From Eledone cirrhosa (taxonomy: Eukaryota), in NCBI GenBank assembly GCA_964016885.1, contig OZ024749.1, positions 55,614,001 to 55,678,000 of the forward strand: a stretch of DNA of 64,000 nucleotides, given 5' to 3'. This document shows, piece by piece, positions 50,290-64,000 of this stretch. The notes below the pieces were generated by a model. That model searched no databases. It was not told the DNA's origin and was given only the letters and a program-made list of their open reading frames with translations. The translations under genes were made by a program, and so were the position numbers. The number at the start of each line of letters is the position of its first letter. Position 1 is the stretch's first letter.

Positions 50290-50293
50290 ATAC

Positions 50294-50325
<32 letters not shown>

Positions 50326-50521
50326 ATACATATACATATATATATACATATACATATATATATACATATACATATATATATACATATACATATATATATA
50401 CATATACATATACATATATATATACATATACATATATATATACATATATATATACATATACATATATATATACATATACATATACATATATACATATACA
50501 TATATACATATACATATATAT
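48456..50521. repeat. Complex (TA)nCA array
   Basis: Direct reading. Confidence 0.97.
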
Positions 50522-50842
50522 AAAACTGTGTGTGTGTGAAAGCTTAGATTTTTCTCTATGCCTGTATTTAAAAGACAGCGGTCCGACAAATAGCTAGATC
50601 GATAAAATAATTATGTTTTGAAACATAAATACTGGAGTCGATATCTGATCAACTAGATCAAGACGCGACTCCAGCATGACGACCGAAAGCAGGAAAATAA
50701 CTCAATATATCAGAATATACTGTAGTAGAGGTGTATGGAAGAAGGTGGAACTATTTAGCAGAAGGTAGATTACATAACCAACAGAATGCTATAGAGATAT
50801 CCAGCCAAGATCGGGGGTGTTGGCATGTCGTTTTGACAGTAC

Positions 50843-50951
<109 letters not shown>

Positions 50952-51253
50952 GTATGAATGCAGGGCTTCAAAGGAAACGTGTTCCTGTAATAAGATAATT
51001 TCTAATAGATGCGTGCACCGTTCAAACGTATTTACAAATACGCATAATTATATCTAGCTAAAGAGAGCTTCGTATCTAATTATATATGTACGTACACAAA
51101 CACCCGTGTACCCCCATCCTCATACATATGTGTATATAGCCAGGTACATATACAGATACATGGAAAAGTACATATATACACTCATAAACAGTCTCTCACA
51201 CACACACATATATATATATATATTATCAAATGATTCTATGGACATACTTTATA

Positions 51254-51312
<59 letters not shown>

Positions 51313-51829
51313 TGCACATACACAAAGTGTAAGAGCGTGCGTGTGCGTGCGTGCGTGCATTCTCATTCACGGCACACAAAGTGAATATTTCGTAATAAAT
51401 GAGCAGAAATACAAACATACGTATGTTGATAAACAGTTTCTATTAGGAATCTATGTTCACATACTACATACATCCTGTATATACTCATATGCACGTCCTC
51501 ACACACACACAGACACCCACACTAACACACACAAATATATATATATATATATACACACGAGCGTGGATAAAGAGTTCGTAGGAGCTGACTATGAAGGAGT
51601 AATGCTAGAGCTGTGAAATCTCGCATGCATTAACTTCAACACTTCTTATTAATAACTGCATTGTTTCTTTCCTGGGACTTTGTTGAAAAGTAGACCTCAT
51701 TTGGTCATTCCATGAGAGTATCTTGGTCAGCCTATATACTTTTCAACCGATCTTCGTATAATATATATATATAGAGATATGGAGAGGGGGAGAGATTGGT
51801 GGTAATTGATATAGAGAGGAGGTTGTGAG

Positions 51830-52018
51830 AGGGCGGTGGATTGGCAGTATCGGTAGAGGGTCGGACGCCATGCTTTGCAGAGTTACGGCCCTTTATGGTC
51901 TGAGTTCAAATCCCGCCGAGGTTAACTTTGCCTTTCATCCTTACGGGGTCGATAAAATAAAGTACCAGTAATACACTGGGATAATTGCTGGCCTTGTGCC
52001 AAAAGTAGAAACAATTAT
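51830..52018 (+). mobile_element. SINE family A, young
   Basis: Near-identical to 30385-30569. Confidence 0.95.
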
Positions 52019-52414
52019 ATTAGATATAGAGAAGGGGAGAGACTGATATTTATATATATACAGAAAAAAAATTTGAAGAGAGTTCCGTGTAGTAGATACA
52101 CAGAGGGGGGAGAGTTTGGTGTTAAATGATATAGAGAGGGGGAACTTACAAGATTACCAGACTGGAATAGTGAGTACACAGATGAGACTCCAGAATAACA
52201 AAAGATAGAGATGGAGAGTGTCTGTATGAGTGTATGTGTGTGTACATGCGTATGCGTGAGCGCGTGCGCGTGCGCGTGCGCGTGCGTGTGTGTGTGTGTG
52301 GATGTGTATGTGCGTGTGTGTATTTTGTGAAATAGATGAAGGTTTAGGTTTGTATGATAGAACGTGATGTAAACATGTAAATATATTTATGTGCAAACTT
52401 GCATGTCATACATC

Positions 52415-52620
52415 AGTATCATCATCACCATCACCACCATCATCCCTATCACCACGATCATCACGATCATCACCACCATCACCATCATCATCACCATCAT
52501 CATGATCATCACCATCACCACGATCATCACCACCATCACCACCATCATCACCACCATCATCACCACCATCACCACCATCATCACCACCATCACCATCATC
52601 ACGACTATCAGCATCATCGT
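52415..52620. repeat. (CAT/CAC)n
   Basis: Direct reading. Confidence 0.95.
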
Positions 52621-53336
52621 TAGTACTGTTAGCTTCATCTATTAGTTTTATCGTTCTGCAATGTACGTACTTTTTTGTCTTTCTTCTTCTCTTCCTCTTT
52701 GATGCTAAAATTACCTTTTATTGTATCCCGACTCAAGTGCAGCTTTCGCCAGATTCTACTACAGACTGTGTAAGAACTTCAACCTTGAATAGAATAATTA
52801 AAACTAATCCCACAGACCTATTCTTCGCCTTTGCTTCTAGACACATCAAAGTCTCTCTGTGAGATAACTTCGCTTACATGTTAAAATAGTTTTCCATCGT
52901 TTCGGTCTCGTTGACATGATAGTGCTGCATAGCACACACATACCTATATACTCACGCATACACACACACATACATATATACACACATACATACATATATA
53001 CACACACATACATATATACACACACATACACACATATATACACACAAACAACTACACATACGTACTGAATCATACACACAAAAACAATCACACAATCAGA
53101 CACACACAATATCCTATACATAAACACACACAGAAATATGCCAATCACGCACACAAACACTAACACCTAATCAGACAACCACACACATACATACACACAG
53201 GCAAAACATGGAGTAGGAGAGAGAGAGAGAGAGGGGAGAGTAAAAAATTAAAATAAGAAAAAAGGTGAAACAAATTGTTTACATACAAACAAACGGACCC
53301 ACCAACGCTTACATATATATATATATATGTATGTAT

Positions 53337-53549
53337 CCTTATATATGGAGATCTCTCTGCACTTGTCGTCAAATGGTATCATGGACCCAGCACTATGTGT
53401 CAATAATTGTCACAAGTGTAGTGTTTGTACCAGAGTTTTCAAGTCGCTGGCTGGACTAAAAAGTCACACTCGTTCAGCGCATCAGTAGGGGTTCTCCTAC
53501 ATGGATATAAAGTAGTGGTCGTACTCAAAAACGAGTTGGCAGCCACAAT
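53337..53549 (+). mobile_element. RTE-derived non-autonomous element 3' part, long-module variant
   Basis: Reverse complement of 60183-60395. Confidence 0.75.
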
Positions 53550-53622
53550 ATGTATATGTATATATATATATATGTACGTATGCATATATGCGTCTATGTA
53601 TATATGTGTGTATGTATGTATT

Positions 53623-53740
53623 TCCTCACTTTAAAAAATATCTTCACGCACAGGCATTGCACGATAGAATTAATTAATAATTATTAATAATGGTATATCG
53701 TGCAATGGCCATACTCGATAACGAGGAGGCAGCCATCATG
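53623..53740 (+). mobile_element. RTE-derived element 3' part, short-hairpin variant
   Basis: Near-identical reverse complement of 10627-10745. Confidence 0.75.
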
Positions 53741-54834
53741 TATGTACGTATAAATGTATATATGAACGTATAGATAAACAGACATTTACAGTCAAGTACA
53801 ATTCAATGTTTATGCAATTAATTCGTTCGAAAGAAATTATGCTGCTGTATGTTTATAAATAGATGCACATTATAATCACACATACACCATACACACACAT
53901 ACATATAAATATATACTTATACACAAACAGAAGCAACAGAGACACACATACACACAAATACACATGTATATGTATATATATATATGTATATATATATATA
54001 TTATATAACATCTCACTAACTACCTACATATCCTATTAAACCAATATTCTTCATATGAAATATGAATTGAATTATTGATTGGAGAAATGATAGATAGATG
54101 AATCATTAGATACATGGTTTTATGTGAATTTTATTTGCCATAATATTACATAATTTCATTTTCAAGATGGAAGCACTTTGACATTACATCATTAAGTTAA
54201 CTAAACATAGAATGTATTGTAAGCTTATAAAACAAAACTTTTCGCGCAGAGATACTCGCTGCTACTTCTAATTGTTTTTGTTTCCCTTTGACACTAAACC
54301 TTTAGAAGAACAAAATTCATTGAGATCGGTACAGATTTAAATTAGTTAGATTTTAATTAATTTCAAAGAAATATCAGATACTTGTTTTACGTTTCTGATT
54401 TTCATTTTCATTTTTTTTTTTGTGCTGTTAAATGCCTAAATATTTGCGAGGAGTTGTTAATAAAAATTATGATTTTTCGGACAATTAACTACATATTTAG
54501 GGATTTTTATTTGTCAGTAATTGCATCTACACTTCATTCCGATAGTCGAGATCCCAGTTCGTCATGAGGGGTTTTATTCACTGTAGGGTACATAGCATCA
54601 GACCGGATTCTATCTAAGTATCTTTATGTATAAAGTGAACGTCATAGCGTACTTATCCATTAGGTGGTTGATTCAGAACGATATTTCCCTTAGAAAGTAT
54701 TTTAAAAGTGACTTTTTCTCTTAATTTGTTTTTATATTTTAAACATTGTTCGAAATTATTTCGGAAATTTTGGGAAAGTCTTAAGTTGACTTGATTAATT
54801 CTTTTGTCGCCTCTTTTCTTTGATTGTATATTGA

Positions 54835-55020
54835 TGGATTGGCAGTATCGGTAGAGGGTCAGACGCCATTCTTTGACGCATAGAGTTACGGGCCTTTCCA
54901 TTGTGAGTTCAAATCCCGCCGAGGTTAACTTTGCCTTTCATCCTTACGGGGTCGATAAAATAAAGTACCAGTAATGCACTAGGTAATTGCTGGCCTTGTG
55001 CCAAAAGTAGAAACAATTAT
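54835..55020 (+). mobile_element. SINE family A, young
   Basis: Core match. Confidence 0.93.
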
Positions 55021-55239
55021 TAGTAAGCCGCGGAGTGGTGGCACTGCTGAGAATGTGCAAATAAAATTTCTGAAGATTAAACTAATAGAAATAAAGTGTA
55101 GATATTGATATTGTTTTACGAAACTGAAACCCCTCGGAGATCAATCCTGCTTTTATATTTCTTTTATCAATATAATTGACTTGCTCCACATCTCAATTTG
55201 GTGCCTTTGTCTCTAAATTGGAAACCATTGTCATTAAGA

Positions 55240-55450
55240 TCAGTGGGTTGGCAGCTGAGTTAGAACGTCGGAAAATCGATTAGCAGTATTTGTTCGGGCT
55301 CTTTAAGTTCTGAGTTCAAGTTCCACCAGGGTCAACTTTGCCTTTCATCCTTCCGGGGTCGATAAGATAAGATAGCAGTCAATTACTAGGGCCGATATAA
55401 TCGACTTTCCTCTTCCTCCATATTGCTGGCCTTCTACCAACGTTAGAAAT
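55240..55450 (+). mobile_element. SINE family A, older
   Basis: gcctttcatccttccggggtcgataag. Confidence 0.85.
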
Positions 55451-55779
55451 ATTTATCATTATAGCCAAGGATACAAACACATCTCGGTCTTAGTTAGTTC
55501 GCTTTACTTAGCCAAGCTGAAGTTCCGCCAATGAAACAAGTAACACTCCAACAACCAAGTCGTTTTAATCTGCTATATCCTATTCAACACTATCAAATAT
55601 AAACTGGTATTACGTTAATCTTAGAAATGAATATTTACATTGCCATGAGGTATGACTATATAAGGTTTGGGGCCACTGGTCTACGGCATGAACCATTCCA
55701 TGGACCAGCTATTCCAGACACAGACCATTACAAGCTTCTTTAGTTTCAGCAATTCTATTTCAATATTTACAGTGTATTG

Positions 55780-56130
55780 TTTACCCTGGAGAACTTGATC
55801 TAACTCTGTAATCCGAAGTTTCTTTATCAGCATACGAAAACAGACAGTCAAAGAAACAGGTAAACCCCGATATATTTATAAAAATATGGAAGATTCACTG
55901 AGAGTATTTATACTTATTTATAAAGGTATCATATAACTCCAAAATCTAATTCTTTACACAAAGAATAATTATTATATACGTATAAATATTCATAAAGACC
56001 GTTATCAAAATAAAATATAAAGATAACAATTTGGTTGCCTCATATTTAGATATTAAATTCAGGTATATGATGAATTTTCCAACTGAAATTTTGAAGAGGT
56101 TATTCCAAAGTAAATAGGTTTTTATTAAAA
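55780..56130 (-). pseudogene. Degenerate PLE linker/GIY-YIG remnant
   Basis: LLWNN..SVGKF..LNLISKY resembles the PLE linker IIWFNPP..NVGK.FL.LI.KHF. KYIGV follows downstream at about 55862-55876. Confidence 0.4.
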
Positions 56131-56259
56131 GAGGCCAAAGAAAACACTGTCTTATATATCCAATTATTCTATCTGAAGATTTTCCAAGAACTACGATCAC
56201 TAAATTTGTATGCTTTCGTTCAACTGGGAAAGTAGTAATAATAATTAATATTTCCGAAG

Positions 56260-56450
56260 TAAGCACAAGGTCAGCAATTTAAGGGTTAAGGGGAAGTCGA
56301 GTACATCCACCCGAGTGCTTAAATATTAGTTTAATTTTTTGACACGGGAAATTTGAAGGGTAAAGTTCAATTTGTGGATAAATGAACTAAACACATATCG
56401 TAACTGAATGCAGCAAGGTACATTCTTCGACGCAGTAACATTTCTACCTA
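56260..56450 (-). mobile_element. SINE family A, very degenerate
   Basis: agcacaaggtcagcaattt..tgaagggtaaagtt. Confidence 0.6.
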
Positions 56451-56592
56451 TCCTTAACAGTCATTATATAAACACGAGGATCCCAGCATTTATATATTTA
56501 CATATAATGTAATCGACGAACTTAAATTAGAAATAAGTCGTACTATAAAACCTTCAATATTTGACGGGAACTATGGTAATATATATATATAT

Positions 56593-56633
56593 CTGAGCTG
56601 AAGATCCGCATAAGGTGAAACAATTGTTCTCGG
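56593..56633 (+). ncRNA. Intact minimal Penelope-type hammerhead ribozyme
   Basis: CTGAG-CTGAAGA-T-CC-gcataa-GG-T-GAAA-CAATTG-TT/CTCGG, with a palindromic stem III. It starts at the (TA)n junction. Confidence 0.85.
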
Positions 56634-56781
56634 TATGGTGAACCAACTGTGTTACTACTTATATACCAACCGGAGGTATATGGTCTTTAAAGCGAAGAAA
56701 TACCGATGATGGTTGGAAGATCACTGATGAAGGACCACTTTATTCATATGTAACCCATTTGCAACTCCGCAGCACGTTTAT

Positions 56782-56835
<54 letters not shown>

Positions 56836-57243
56836 ATAGATGGGGAATTACCAGTTAGACAAGTAAGGCTAGTTAATCCCTCTCCGTTGAAGCAGCATGA
56901 GCTCAGCCGGTAGTCACTAATTTTTACCTATATATATGTATATATATATATATATATATATGTGTGAGCGTGTATGTATATATATATTGTACATTTATAA
57001 ACACGCACACGCATATTTATATATATATATACACACACGTACGCACGTACGTTAACACATGCATCTATACATAGGAACCGCACCTACGATTTCATTTACG
57101 CTAGAAGACGATTTGTTTTGGGGCAGTGCCAAACCAACATATGCTATCTCTTTCAGTAATTACGCGCTGTTTCCATAGTTACCATCGCGTGACTGGAATT
57201 TGCAGACGGTTAATAATCTTCTGTTTCACTCCCCTGCCAACAC

Positions 57244-60182
<2,939 letters not shown>

Positions 60183-60740
60183 ATGGTGACTGCCAACTCG
60201 TTTTTGAGTACGGCCACTACTTTATATCCATGTAGGCGAACCCCTACCGATGCGCTGAACGAGTGTGACATTTTAGTCTCAGCCAGTGACTTGAAAACTC
60301 TGGTACAAAGACTACACTTGTGACAATTATTGACACATAGTGCTGGGCCCATGGTACCATGTGACGACAAGTGCAGAGAGATCTCCAGATATAAAGCAAT
60401 GCCTGTGCCGTGAAGCTTTTATAGTGAGCAAAGGCACTGCACAAAGCCAGTCCCACTCTCTTAACCAAGATGATATTTACCAAAAAGAAGAACAAGTCAA
60501 CATCATTGGATACCATCAGGGTTGCAGGTGTTACATCAGAGTTTTCCTTCTCCTAGAATTTTGCCTTGACAAAGGCCAAGGGGTCATCTCTCCCGGTGAT
60601 TTTGGATGGCCATTGACTCTTAAGAGCTCCTTTGCCCTTTGACAGGTTTTGTTTTTAGTCCTGCAGGATGTCCAAAGTCACCCTCCTCACCAAGAAACCT
60701 TGGTGGGGTTGCCAGTTTAGTCGCCAACGACCCGACCATG
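60183..60740 (-). mobile_element. Apparently full-length (about 560 bp) RTE-derived non-autonomous retroposon
   Basis: The body is homologous to 10700-10925, and the 3' part to 53337-53549. It has a (TATG)n-like tail and no coding capacity. Confidence 0.65.
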
Positions 60741-62297
<1,557 letters not shown>

Positions 62298-62529
62298 CAA
62301 ACAGACTCATATACCATTGACATCATGGCACGGCTTCGACCTATATTTCCAGATATACAGTATAAAGAGTTTTTAAGACACAATGATGTGCATATGGCGT
62401 CTGCTTCATTACGATGCTGTTCTAGCTTCCATCTACTAACAGAGAATTTATATATAGAGACATTCCTATCTCTCAACTGTTTATTGAATATCGTTATAGT
62501 TTCGATACTTAACACTATTTCACGTTGTA

Positions 62530-62715
62530 CCTGTAATTCGAATGACCAGCATTGTCATATTTTGTGTCACGCTGAATCTCCCTGAGAACTACGTTAAGGG
62601 TATGTGTGTGTCTGCGCAGAATGCTCAGCCATTTACACGTTAATTGCATGAGAAGGTTGTTCTGTTGATCGAATTCACTGGAACACTTGTCGTCGTAACT
62701 GCTGGAGAGTCAGTT
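62530..62715 (+). mobile_element. SINE 3' portion, probably cephalopod family
   Basis: gctgaatctccctgagaactacgttaaggg..ctggaacacttgtcgtcgtaac, recalled as similar to octopus SINE tails. Confidence 0.5.
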
Positions 62716-62955
62716 AGTTTCGACCCCAAACTGATTACTACTGCGTCCGACGTGTTCAGCAATGCCAAAATCTAGTTTTAACACTGTTTGCGATAGCAAT
62801 AGGTATTACATCCCTGGCTGAAATAGAACAGCAATGTTGATGTCAGGACACAACACGTAGAAAATATATAGACAATAAATATAAAATATACAAATATATC
62901 GTCTATTCGTAGTCGATCTCTCGGATTTTTAAGAAGCGCTGAAGAGAAAACGTTA

Positions 62956-63150
62956 ATATAAAGAGTGGTGTACTCATGCATAGAGATGCTATAATATAGC
63001 TTATAGAAGGTTGTGAAGATCATTAAAACCGAAATGAAGTTGCCACCGGAAGCGGCCAATGACAACATCTTTTTATGTCTTTAAGGTTCTTCACGATATT
63101 CTATAAGCCATTTTATAGCCCTTCTGCGCATGGACATACCACTCTTTATA
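62956..63150. mobile_element. Fold-back MITE-like element
   Basis: atataaagagtggtg.. and ..taccactctttatat form imperfect arms of about 75 bp. Confidence 0.6.
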
Positions 63151-63265
63151 TAAAAATATACGTATATATAACTATAGATTTATATAATAATCATTAGACT
63201 GTACACAATACTATACAAATAAATTATAGAGAGGTAGTGATGCTCTGACATAGCCTGGTTGATAC

Positions 63266-63550
63266 TTGACTGGGGTTGTATATAGAATCATGTATGAAAT
63301 GTTCAGGTAAATAAACATTTTTATAGCCTCGTTATGAATTTTATAAGTGATGATATATTAATGTGTGATTGTATAATAATTTATATGACTGGGTTTATGT
63401 ATGGAATCATATATGAAATATTTTTATGGTCTCGTTATGAATCTTAGATATGGAGGAATTCACCGCTTATAAAATCCATAGCGAGGCTATAAAATATTTA
63501 TTTACATGAAACATCTCGTATATGATTCAATATGCAATCCCCAGTTAAAT
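63266..63550. mobile_element. Fold-back MITE-like element
   Basis: 63266-63350 is inverted at about 63463-63550, with a partial direct copy at 63386-63445. Confidence 0.6.
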
Positions 63551-64000
63551 AAAACATAATCCAATTACACATTTATATAACAGTCATTACACTGCATACA
63601 GATGAAATGTGTAAAATAAAATGCTTTAAAAAAGAAAAGAGCATGTTTTAAAAGTCTTGGCAAACGAAAGGTGGATAACTGCAACAGAGACCGGAAATGC
63701 AGACTAGGCCAGCAAACGGAAGTGAATCTTGCCGAAATTGTATGTAAAGTTATAAAGGAGAGAGAGAGAGAGAGAGCAATATTTTTCAAAATATAGCACT
63801 AAGATGGCGTGAAAACGGATATATATATATATGTGTGCGTGTGTGTTTGTGTGTTTGTGTGCGTTTGTGTGTGAGACTGTGTGTATGTGTGTGCGCACTT
63901 GTAAATTCCTAAACATTCAGACTTTTGTGTGCATGTGTAAATTATGTGACCAATAATATTAAAAATAATAAGATAACCAAAAAGCATTATTATTTGGGAG

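Noticed and set aside
56724-56745. Isolated CTGATGA (similar lone boxes near 29377, 31714 and 61527)
   Set aside because: There is no matching GAAA, stem III or stem I, and such boxes are expected by chance.

Overview
AT-rich eukaryotic non-coding DNA, most likely from an octopus or other coleoid cephalopod. This is inferred from the SINE families and the very large (TA)n-derived arrays. No intact protein-coding gene is supported, and nearly all long ORFs in the track are microsatellite read-throughs. The window holds kb-scale complex TA arrays, about 20 tRNA-type SINE copies (several with target-site duplications), RTE LINE remnants, RTE-derived non-autonomous elements and MITEs. The main signal is about 12 hammerhead-ribozyme (HHR) motifs or half-motifs of the Penelope-like element (PLE) type. 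One lies directly behind a GIY-YIG endonuclease C-terminus. Many sit in fold-back cassettes embedded in (TA)n tracts, and two carry unusually large (62 and 101 nt) domain-II insertions. A short YGAGTRC motif recurs downstream of the ribozymes across otherwise unrelated families.
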